From Piromyces finnis finn (taxonomy: Eukaryota; Fungi; Neocallimastigomycota), in assembly GCA_002104945.1 (NCBI GenBank), contig MCFH01000193.1, positions 1-18,681 on the forward strand: a stretch of DNA of 18,681 nucleotides. The letters run 5' to 3'. A program made the translations under genes and the position numbers. Shown one piece after another: positions 1-8,520 of this stretch. The notes below the pieces were generated by a model. It was not told the DNA's origin. It was given only the letters and a program-made list of their open reading frames with translations, and did not search any database. The stretch's first letter is position 1. Every line of letters starts with the position of its first letter.

Positions 1-1422
1 TTATTAAGCTCAACCATGATGCACCCACTGCCGGTCACTTGGGAGTCGATAAGACTTATGACATTCTTAAACGTAATTTCTATTGGGTTAATATGCGTCA
101 AGATGTCGAGTCTTATATTCGAAGCTGTAGTGTATGCAAGGCAATGAAAACCGATCACCATGCTCCTTATGGTAATATGATCCGTGTCCCCTCTTCCGGA
201 ACTTCCATGGCAACACCTACAAATGGACTTTATCACGGACTTACCATCAAGACCTTGTAACTCTACCTTACCATTCGACTCTACCAATCCGAACCACCAT
301 CAAGGTACCATAATGGTTACTACTTGTACTTAACTAAGATGATACACTTAGTTGGGTTCAAACATTTACCCACTGCTAAGGAAACTGCTACTGCTTTTCT
401 TAACCATATTTTCAAACTGCACGGATTCCCTTATCTATTGTTACAGACCGTGGTACTCAGTTCGAAAGTCGTCTTTGGTCCCACTTGATGGAATTCTTTA
501 ATATCGATCACCACTCTGCTACTACTGGCCATCACCGCACTGTTGGGACAAGTAGAACGTAACAACGACTACGTTGAAACTTATCTTCGTTGCTACTTAG
601 CTCAATTTTGATGATCTCAGTTGGATGGATCATTGTACTTAGCTGAATTTGCTACAACAATTCCATCCATGCTTCCACCAAGCAACCACCATTTCTCTCC
701 GTTTATAATTATCAAGTTCACGCAAACCACAAGTTGCAGACCTTGTTTCTTCTTTAGGACTTCATCCCCTCATCGATAGCTTCTCCCATAATTTAGCTGA
801 CCTTAAGCATACTCTCGAAGTCAGTCGTACCCGTTATCTCGATGAAAAGGATAAGCACCTTTATCACAACTTTAAGCGCTTCAAGGTCCACGATCTTGTT
901 TGGCTTCGCAAACCCGCTAATTATCATCCTCCATTAGCGTTCAAGCTCCAAACCCGCAAGTATGGTCCATACAAGGTCACTGGTGTCGATGAATCTAAGC
1001 TCAACTACCGCCTTGATTTATCTACCTCACCTTTCCCTCGTGTCTACCCCGTATTCCACATCAGTGAACTCGAACCATATCATCCCACTCCTCACCATCT
1101 ATTGCTCAACCATCCCAACTCCAATGAAATCACCAAGATCCTTAGTTCTCGTAAATCGGGTCATTTTTACGAGTACTTAGTCACTTTTACTGACTTATCT
1201 CAACGTTGGATCAATGCTGACACCATTGATAAGGATGACTACTACAGCACCCTTTTAGCTGATTACCAAGTCGCGCTTACCAACAATTCACCAATTCCGT
1301 CCCAGATTCTTAATCTGGACCCACTTATTAGTACCCACCTACTAGTGTCTACCACCCTTACTCCTTCACTACCCACCTATCGCCACTACCCACCTACTAC
1401 CCACAACTCCGCTACCCACTAG
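1..1422 (+). pseudogene. Inverted copy of the Gypsy integrase (HHCC, DDE core, GPY/F, chromodomain), broken by 1-nt indels
   Basis: NHDAPTAGHLGVDKTY...CSVC zinc-binding motif; TDRGTQF; KLQTRKYGPYKV...YPVFHISELEPY (GPY/F); EITKILSSRK..YEYLVTF...W chromodomain-like segment in ORF 1102..1422. Confidence 0.92.
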
Positions 1423-1787
1423 TCGCCACCACTACAACTACCAACCACTATTCCGCTACCCAACCACCCTCTTTCGCCTTTGCCCTCAACCCTCAAATTT
1501 CGCAACCTTTTCCGCACCCCAAAATTCCGCTTCCCCTCGAGTCATATCATTTCCCTAACCTTCACGTGTAGTCTCCATTTCTGAAGAATCCACGTGATAC
1601 CCTCTCAACTTTCTTGAACACTTTTACACTTCACTTTTTCAACACTTAGATTTTTTTTCAAAAAATTGGAGAATTTCCATTTTTGAAATTCTCAAAATTT
1701 CTAAGTGTCGTGGAAGTGTCCATGTCCAAATTATTATGGACGTGCCAGTGTCCATAATTTTTTGGGTCGTCCGGCGAAACGACCCTT

Positions 1788-1798
1788 AGGACGGGCAG
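1788..1798 (+). promoter_or_regulatory. Polypurine tract (PPT) of the inverted Gypsy copy
   Basis: AGGACGGGCAG directly precedes the LTR start TGTCACAATAAC at 1799. Confidence 0.75.
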
Positions 1799-2000
1799 TG
1801 TCACAATAACATATATAAAAATTTAAAAAATTTGGACACATGGAAAAAATTAAAAATTTTTTTTAAAATTTGAAAATTTGAAAATTTGAAAAAATTTATT
1901 TTTTTAAATTTTTATTAAAAAATTTCAAAGTATAAAAATTTCTAATATTTGAAATTATTAAATTTTTTAAAATTATTAAATTTTTATTATTAAAATTTAT
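1799..2000 (+). repeat. Truncated 3' LTR (about 200 bp of U3) of the inverted Gypsy copy
   Basis: Starts TGTCACAATAAC and is the reverse complement of ~8175-8376 of the full 5' LTR; the match stops at ~2000. Confidence 0.9.
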
Positions 2001-2305
2001 TATTATTTTTTAATTTTAATTAATTATTATTCTAATTATAAAATATTTAATTTTTATAAATTAATAATTAATATAATTATTAATAGTAATAGTTAATAAA
2101 TTTAAAATAAAATTTTAATAATAAAATTTTAATAATTTTAAAAATTTAATAATTTCAAATATTTGAATTTTATACTTTGAAATTTTTTAATAAAAATTTA
2201 AAAAATAAATTTTTTCAAATTTTCAAATTTTCAAATTTTAAAAAAAATTTTTAATTTTTTCCATGTGTCCAAATTTTTTAAATTTTTATATATGTTATTG
2301 TGACA
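2000..2305 (-). repeat. Partial 3' LTR (about 305 bp of U3) of the main Gypsy element
   Basis: 2031-2305 closely matches 8102-8376 (TCTAATTATAAAATATTT...TTATTGTGACA). The TATA, R and U5 part is missing. Confidence 0.92.
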
Positions 2306-2316
2306 CTGCCCGTCCT
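2306..2316 (-). promoter_or_regulatory. Polypurine tract of the main Gypsy element
   Basis: Minus strand reads AGGACGGGCAG immediately before TGTCACA. Confidence 0.75.
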
Positions 2317-2520
2317 AAGGGTCGTTTCGCCGGACGACCCAAAAAATTATGGACACTGGCACGTCATAATAATTTGGACATGGACACTTCCACGACACTT
2401 AGAAAATTTTGAGAATTTTCAAAAAATGGAAATTCTCAATTTTTGAAAAAAAATCTAAGTGTTGAAAAAGTGAAGTGTAAAAGTGTTCAAGAAAAGTTGA
2501 GAGGGTATCACGTGGATTCT

Positions 2521-4355
2521 TCAGAAATGGAGACTACACGTGAAGGTTAGGGAAATGATATGACTCGAGGGGGAAGCGGATTTTGGGGTGCGGAAAAGGT
2601 TGCGAAATTTGAGGGTTGAGGGCAAAGGCGAAAGAGGGTGGTTGGGTAGCGGAATAGTGGTGGTAGTTGTAGTGGTGGCGACTAGTGGGTAGCGGAGTTG
2701 TGGGTAGTAGGTGGGGTAGTGGCGATAGGTGGGTAGTGAAGGAGTAAGGGTGGTAGACACTAGTAGGTGGGATACTAATAAGTGGGGTCCAGATTAAGAA
2801 TCTGGGACGGAATTGGTGAATTGTTGGTAAGCGCGACGTTGGTAATCAGCTAAAAGGGTGCTGTAGTAGTCATCCTTATCAATGTGTCAGCATTGATCCA
2901 ACGTTGAGATAAGTCAGTAAAAGTGACTAAGTACTCGTAAAAATGACCCGATTTACGAGAACTAAGGATCTTGGTGATTTCATTGGAGTTGGGATGGTTG
3001 AGCAATAGATGGTGAGGAGTGGGATGATATGGTTCGAGTTCACTGATGTGGAATACGGGGTAGACACGAGGGAAAGGTGAGGTAGATAAATCAAGGCGGT
3101 AGTTGAGCTTAGATTCATCGACACCAGTGACCTTGTATGGACCATACTTGCGGGTTTGGAGCTTGAACGCTAATGGAGGATGATAATTAGCGGGTTTGCG
3201 AAGCCAAACAAGATCGTGGACCTTGAAGCGCTTAAAGTTGTGATAAAGGTGCTTATCCTTTTCATCGAGATAACGGGTACGACTGACTTCGAGAGTATGC
3301 TTAAGGTCAGCTAATTATGGGAGAAGCTATCGATGAGGGGATGAAGTCCTAAAGAAGAAACAAGGTCTGCAACTTGTGGGTTTTGCGTGAACTTGATAAT
3401 TATAAACGGAGAGAAATGGTGGTTGCTTGGTGGAAGCATGGATGGAATTGTTGTAGCAAAATTCAGCTAAGTACAAATGATCCATCCAACTGAGATCATC
3501 AAATTGAGCTAAGTAGCAACGAAGATAAGTTTCAACGTAGTCGTTGTTACGTTCTACTTGTCCAACAGTGCGGTGATGGCCAGTAGTAGCAGAGTGGTGA
3601 TCGATATTAAAGAATTCCATCAAGTGGGACCAAAGACGACTTTCGAACTGAGTACCACGGTCTGTAACAATAGATAAGGGGAATCCGTGCAGTTTGAAAA
3701 TATGGTTAAGAAAAGCAGTAGCAGTTTCCTTAGCAGTGGGTAAATGTTTGAACCCAACTAAGTGTATCATCTTAGTTAAGTAGCAAGTAGTAACCATTAT
3801 GGTACCTTGATGGTGGTTCGGATTGGTAGAGTCGAATGGTAAGGTAGAGTTACAAGGTCTTGATGGTAAGTCCGTGATAAAGTCCATTTGTAGGTGTTGC
3901 CATGGAAGTTCCGGAAGAGGGACACGGATCATATTACCATAAGGAGCATGGTGATCGGCTTTTCATTGCCTTGCATACACTACAGCTTCGAATATAAGAC
4001 TCGACATCTTGACGCATATTAACCCAATAGAAATTACGTCTAAGAATGTCATAAGTCTTATCGACTCCCAAGTGACCGGCAGTGGGTGCATCATGGTTGA
4101 GCTTAATAACTAAGAGTCTTAGTTGACTTGGAACATATACTTGCTCCGGATGTTTGGTTCTTATTAAAAGGCCATCTTGAAGAATCCAAGGATGATCACT
4201 ATTTGGAACTTCAAGATCCTTAAGAATCTGACAAGCGGTTTCATCTTGAAGGTAGCACTGCTTAATGTCGTCAATGAAGCTAGTTTCCATAGAGAAGTAG
4301 CATTCATCTTCGTTGAATCCTTCTAATTGAGTTGGTTTAAGTAAGGACGATTCAC
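2521..4355 (-). CDS. Integrase part of the Gypsy polyprotein (HHCC, DDE, GPY/F, chromodomain, Pro/Thr-rich tail), fragmented by single-base indels
   Basis: ORF 3934..4290: HDAPTAGH...CSVC. ORF 3327..3932: QMDFITD, IVTDRGTQF, GQVERNN. GPY/F at ~3030-3220 and chromodomain at ~2880-2984 by mirror with the left arm. The true stop is uncertain (2521, or ~2682 if the left-arm reading is right). Confidence 0.9.
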
Positions 4356-7300
4356 TTATATCCTCACCAATGTGAGCATATGGTCGGATCTACGAGAGAG
4401 AGCATCAGCTTTACCATTTTTCTTTCCTGGTCGATAGATAATCTTGAAATCAAAGGTAGCAAAGTATTCTTGCCAACGAGCTTGCTTTGGGATAGAAGTT
4501 GCGGTTTGGTAGCAAAAAGCAAGTTTCGATGGTCTGAATAAACGGTAATAGGATATTTTTGCACCTTGAAGTAAGTGACGCCATTCGATAAAAGCTTGAC
4601 GAATTGCTAAGAGTTCCTTTTCGGTGATAGAGTAATTAAGTTCTGCATCATGAAGGGTTTTAGAAAAGTAATAAACTGGATGCAGGTCTCCATCATCACC
4701 TTTTTGTGAAAGTACTCCCCCGATAGCAAAGTCACTTGCGTCACATTCAACTATGAATGGTTTATCGTGATCAGGACAAAGTAAAACTGGAGCTGAAGTA
4801 AGAAATTCTTTAAGTTGATTAAATGCTCTATTACACTCGTCTGTCCATATGAAAGTGACGCCTTTCTTAGTTAAGTTGTATAATGGTTTTGCAATTTTAG
4901 AAAAGTTAGAGATAAAGCGACGGTAGTAATTGCATAACCCTAAGAAGGACTGAACTTCTTTCACAGTAGTGGGGATAGGCCAGTTCTTAACTGCTTCAAT
5001 TTTGTGAGGATCAGTTTTGATTCCCTCCTTACTGATTACGTGACCCAAAAATTCGATTTCAGCTTTGTGAAACTCACATTTTTTGAGTTTCGCAACTAAG
5101 TTGTTTTCAATGATTAATTGAAGAACATTTCTAACATGTTGAACATGTTCTTCAAGGGTCTTGGAGTAGATAATGATATCATCCAAGTACACTTGAACGT
5201 ACTTATTAATTTGATCACTAAAGATATCATTAATGAAAGCTTGGAAAACTGCAGGAGCATTAGTTAGTCCAAAAGGCATTACTAAGTACTCAAAGTGACC
5301 AAATGCCGTCCTGAATGCAGTCTTGTACTCGTCACCTTCTTTAATCCTAATTAAATTATAAGCTGACTTGAGGTCTAACTTAGTGAAATAGTTAGCACCT
5401 TTCATTGATTCAAAGACTGATAGGATTAAAGGTAGCGGATAGGCATTCTTGATAGTTTGGTCGTTGAGCTTGCGATAGTCAACGCAAAATCTGAGACTAC
5501 CATCCTTCTTATCTTGGAGTAGAACTGGATGTCCAGCAGGAGATCGGGATTTTCTAATGAATCCTTTATTCAAGTTTTCTTCAATATACTCCTTAATAAA
5601 TTGACGTTCAGTAGGAGTAGTTGGATAAATTGGCCCATAAAATAATGAAGCATTAGGTTTCAAATCGATAGAACAATCATATACACGATGTTCAGGAAGT
5701 TCATCGGCTCGTTCTTCATTGAAGGCTTCATATAAATCTTCATATTCCAAAGGTATACCGTTGATAGATTCTACTAGTTCAGGATTCTGATCATCGGCTA
5801 TGAAGACTGTTTCTGTTGGAATGGAAGTTGATTTATCCAGATTTGAGTCTTCGAGTTCTGTGATAAACATAACTTCATGAAGAGGTGTAGATTTCTTCAA
5901 ATCATTCCTAAAGTTAGGAGATTTAATCTCAGATCCATTATGGTTGGAGAAAGGAACAGGACCAATTTTAACTGTAAAGGAATGGTCAGGTTGTGTTAAG
6001 ATACAGAAGAAGTTGGTTTTCATGAACTTAGAACCTAGGAGAATCGAAGAAGGAAGCTGATCAGCTACGTGGCATCGAAGTTTGTATTGACGAACCTCTT
6101 CTCGGGTTCCTCCTAAAGAAGATAAGTTCATTACAATGTTGAACTCTTCTGTGATGTAATGCATTAGGACATTACCTCCCATGACCTTTACAACAGTATC
6201 AGCTGGTATGGTCTTAATTCCTAGTTTCTTCACTAAATCCATATGGATTACATTGGTAGTAGAGCCGGAATCTAAGAGAGACGAAGTGATAACCTGTCTA
6301 GATCCTTTAGAAGTTTTTACACTAGTCTTCACGATGGGATACTTCTCCGGATCAGGATTTGGTAGCTCTAAGATATCTTGCTCTTCTACTTCACAGAGAT
6401 AGCTGGAGTATGAAGTACCATTATTAGGTTTAGTACTTTTATTGGGATTTTGGGTACTAGACTTGCTATCCAAGTTACTGGAGCCTTTTCCTTTTTGGTT
6501 AGACGGGCGGTTGTTGTTATTGTTATTCCTTTGGTTGTTATTACGATTGTTAGTCTTGTTAGGGTTCTTGGAATAAAGACTGCCATGAATACCTAATAAA
6601 TTAGCTATTAAGGGCTCTTTGTCCTTGTAGTTAGCTTGTCTTTCCAAAGTATCATCGTAATAAGTATCCTTGGAAGCATCATATTTGATTAGAAGATTCT
6701 TCAGTTCTTCTAACGTCTGTCTATCCGAAGTTAATTTACTAAAGGCGTGGTTCACGGTAGGTCTAACTTGGAAAAGCATGATGGTTAATTGAATGTCTTC
6801 GGAACATCCAATTAATTTGACATATTGGGAGAATTTTCCTAAGTATTCGGAAGCTTTTCCCCAACTATGTCTGAGCTTCATCAGGTCGATTTTGGTGATG
6901 TTGATATCCTTCGGGTTAAGGAATCTCTTACTCAAAGCTTCGTAAAGAACCTTTCTATTCGGATGAGATTCCTGGAAGTCTGCTTGTTCAACATCGTACC
7001 AATCTGCAGCATCACCAGTAAGACAATCTTCAATGAAGTTTACTTTCATAGCTTCATTGTTTCCATAGAACTTGATGTGTCTTAAGAAGTGGTGTTCGCA
7101 TCGACGGATGAATCTGCGTAGTTGAATACTTTCTCCTGAGTAAGAAAGCATTTTTTCAGCGACGTTTGGAGGCGAAGCATCTCCCATGATGACGTCACCG
7201 TCAGGTTCGTGAGGAGTAGCAGCAGAAGGAGTAACGGGAGTAGACAACTCATCAACTCTTTGAGTAGCTTTGCTGATATGAGCTTTGATATCAGCGAGTT

Positions 7301-7676
7301 GATTGTCTTTCCTAGCATCGTTGACTTCTAAGGTAGTCATCTTACCCATAATAACTTGAGTAGAGTTTTCCAAAACAGTCAAACGATCATTGAGACTTTC
7401 GTTTTCCCTTCTGGTAGCTTGAATATCAACCTTTAACTGATTGATATTCCCAGTTAAGGTAGCAGTTAAAGACTCAATGAGGGCCTTGAGATCCTCATTA
7501 GTAGTTGGCTTCTGAGTAGGATTACTCGTAGAAGCATTAGTTTGTCCGGAATGATTAGGCATCTTTGATTTTCTTACGGGAGTATTTCCTGGGGAACGTT
7601 CTCTCTTGGTAGTTTGTAGGCGGTTAAAAAATTCTTTTGTATCCACTTTAATAGGTGTAAGTGGAGATTTTTCCAT
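4356..7676 (-). CDS. Gypsy Gag-protease-reverse transcriptase-RNase H polyprotein (gag and pol in one frame)
   Basis: Capsid-like YSGESIQLRRFIRRCE...CLTGDAADWY; aspartic protease LLDSGSTTN; RT motifs LRFCVDYRKLN, KLDLKSAYNLIRI, VMPFGLTNAPAVFQ, YLDDIIIYS; RNase H IVECDASDFAIGGVL, EKELLAI. 1-nt frameshifts near 4560, 4510 and 4380 interrupt the RNase H end. No CCHC knuckle seen in Gag. Confidence 0.96.
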   Translation of the reverse strand: MEKSPLTPIKVDTKEFFNRLQTTKRERSPGNTPVRKSKMPNHSGQTNASTSNPTQKPTTNEDLKALIESLTATLTGNINQLKVDIQATRRENESLNDRLTVLENSTQVIMGKMTTLEVNDARKDNQLADIKAHISKATQRVDELSTPVTPSAATPHEPDGDVIMGDASPPNVAEKMLSYSGESIQLRRFIRRCEHHFLRHIKFYGNNEAMKVNFIEDCLTGDAADWYDVEQADFQESHPNRKVLYEALSKRFLNPKDINITKIDLMKLRHSWGKASEYLGKFSQYVKLIGCSEDIQLTIMLFQVRPTVNHAFSKLTSDRQTLEELKNLLIKYDASKDTYYDDTLERQANYKDKEPLIANLLGIHGSLYSKNPNKTNNRNNNQRNNNNNNRPSNQKGKGSSNLDSKSSTQNPNKSTKPNNGTSYSSYLCEVEEQDILELPNPDPEKYPIVKTSVKTSKGSRQVITSSLLDSGSTTNVIHMDLVKKLGIKTIPADTVVKVMGGNVLMHYITEEFNIVMNLSSLGGTREEVRQYKLRCHVADQLPSSILLGSKFMKTNFFCILTQPDHSFTVKIGPVPFSNHNGSEIKSPNFRNDLKKSTPLHEVMFITELEDSNLDKSTSIPTETVFIADDQNPELVESINGIPLEYEDLYEAFNEERADELPEHRVYDCSIDLKPNASLFYGPIYPTTPTERQFIKEYIEENLNKGFIRKSRSPAGHPVLLQDKKDGSLRFCVDYRKLNDQTIKNAYPLPLILSVFESMKGANYFTKLDLKSAYNLIRIKEGDEYKTAFRTAFGHFEYLVMPFGLTNAPAVFQAFINDIFSDQINKYVQVYLDDIIIYSKTLEEHVQHVRNVLQLIIENNLVAKLKKCEFHKAEIEFLGHVISKEGIKTDPHKIEAVKNWPIPTTVKEVQSFLGLCNYYRRFISNFSKIAKPLYNLTKKGVTFIWTDECNRAFNQLKEFLTSAPVLLCPDHDKPFIVECDASDFAIGGVLSQKGDDGDLHPVYYFSKTLHDAELNYSITEKELLAIRQAFIEWRHLLQGAKISYYRLFRPSKLAFCYQTATSIPKQARWQEYFATFDFKIIYRPGKKNGKADALSRRSDHMLTLVRI

Positions 7677-7746
7677 TAAACTTTAATTATTATATTTAGT
7701 TATTAATAATTACTAACTAATTGGTGCTTAGCGCACTTTTATAATA

Positions 7747-7757
7747 AGCGTTAGTAA
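7747..7757 (-). promoter_or_regulatory. Primer-binding site of self-priming type
   Basis: Minus strand TTACTAACGCT directly follows the LTR end. There is no TGG or tRNA 3'-end complement. It is the perfect complement of LTR positions 8005-8015. Confidence 0.85.
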
Positions 7758-8376
7758 TGTCAAAAAGCGATTTTTTATTAAAGAAAAGTGTGGTAAGCAC
7801 ACTAGTTATATTAATTAATAAATATAATACGCTTTCCTATTGAAGGCGTAAAGCTAATAATATTTATATAAAGAAATTTAAATAATATTTTTATTTTAGC
7901 AATAACTTAATATCAGCATATATTAAGTTATTAAAAATATTAAAATTTTTAAAGTTTTAGGTTTTATAGGAGTTTATAAATTTTATTAACTTTAAGTTAA
8001 AAAATTACTAACGCTAAAGCTTCGTAATTTTTGTCAATTTTTGTTCTTTTTATACATGAACAATTTTAATTATTACATTTTTTAATTTTAATTAATTATT
8101 GTCTAATTATAAAATATTTAATTTTTATAAATTAATAATTAATATAATTATTGTAAATAGTTAATAAATTTAAAATAAAATTTTTAATAATAAAATTTTA
8201 ATAATTTTAAAAAATTTAATAATTTCAAATATTAGAAATTTTATACTTTGAAATTTTTTAATAAAAATTTAAAAAATAAATTTTTTCAAATTTTCAAATT
8301 TTCAAATTTTAAAAAAAATTTTTAATTTTTTCCATGTGTCCAAATTTTTTAAATTTTTATATATGTTATTGTGACA
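7758..8376 (-). repeat. Complete 5' LTR (619 bp) of the Gypsy element
   Basis: Minus strand starts TGTCACAATAAC and ends GCTTTTTGACA (TGTCA/TGACA terminal inverted repeat); its U3 part is shared with 1799-2000 and 2000-2305. Confidence 0.9.
8047..8054 (-). promoter_or_regulatory. Candidate TATA box of the LTR promoter
   Basis: Minus strand TATAAAAA begins 39 nt upstream of the start site predicted from self-priming (8015). The context is AT-rich, so this is weak on its own. Confidence 0.4.
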
Positions 8377-8388
8377 AACAACAAAAAT

Positions 8389-8460
8389 GGGGTGTTAGCT
8401 CAGCGGTAGAGCAATTGACTGCAGATCAATAGGTCTTCGGTTCAAATCCGGAACGCCCCT
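8389..8460 (+). tRNA. tRNA-Cys (anticodon GCA), intronless, CCA not encoded
   Basis: Acceptor GGGGTGT/ACGCCCC; D-arm GCTC-AGCGGTA-GAGC; anticodon arm ATTGA-CTGCAGA-TCAAT; T-arm TTCGG-TTCAAAT-CCGGA; discriminator U, typical of tRNA-Cys. Confidence 0.97.
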
Positions 8461-8463
8461 TAA

Positions 8464-8485
8464 TTTTAATTTTTATTTTTTTTTT
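8464..8485 (+). terminator. RNA polymerase III oligo-T terminator of tRNA-Cys
   Basis: T4, T5 and T10 runs start 3 nt after the tRNA 3' end. Confidence 0.75.
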
Positions 8486-8520
8486 ATCAAAGTAATAATT
8501 TTATTTTATTAAAGAAATAA

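Larger units (their letters stand above)
1..4109. repeat. Giant inverted repeat: left arm 1-~2000, right arm ~2100-4109, asymmetric AT-rich centre of ~100 bp; the left arm continues beyond the window
   Basis: 1-60 is the reverse complement of 4050-4109, and 1801-1860 is the reverse complement of ~2244-2303. Complementarity holds throughout, with mostly 1-nt homopolymer indels. The same 72-aa shadow ORF is found on both arms (962..1180+ and 2927..3145-). Confidence 0.97.
2000..8376 (-). mobile_element. Ty3/Gypsy LTR retrotransposon, chromovirus (Tf1/sushi-like); 3' LTR truncated by the fold-back
   Basis: Domain order gag-PR-RT-RH-IN-chromodomain; full 5' LTR 7758-8376; PPT 2306-2316; partial 3' LTR ~2000-2305 matches ~8070-8376. 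Confidence 0.95.

Noticed and set aside
962-1180. 72-aa ORF present identically on both arms (also 2927..3145 -)
   Set aside because: It is an alternative frame over the integrase GPY/F module; the identity is explained by the inverted repeat.
4364-4564. Programmed ribosomal frameshift at the RNase H/integrase boundary
   Set aside because: There are several successive 1-nt slips inside conserved domains. Programmed shifts in Gypsy elements occur at the gag/pol junction, which is in frame here.
6181-7318. Short ORFs 6181..6402+, 6386..6586-, 6867..7085+, 7082..7318-
   Set aside because: Antisense or off-frame shadows of the gag-pol ORF with no recognisable motifs.
8389-8460. tRNA-Cys as the primer for the adjacent Gypsy element
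   Set aside because: The PBS (TTACTAACGCT) is not complementary to the tRNA-Cys 3' end, which would require TGGAGGGGC.
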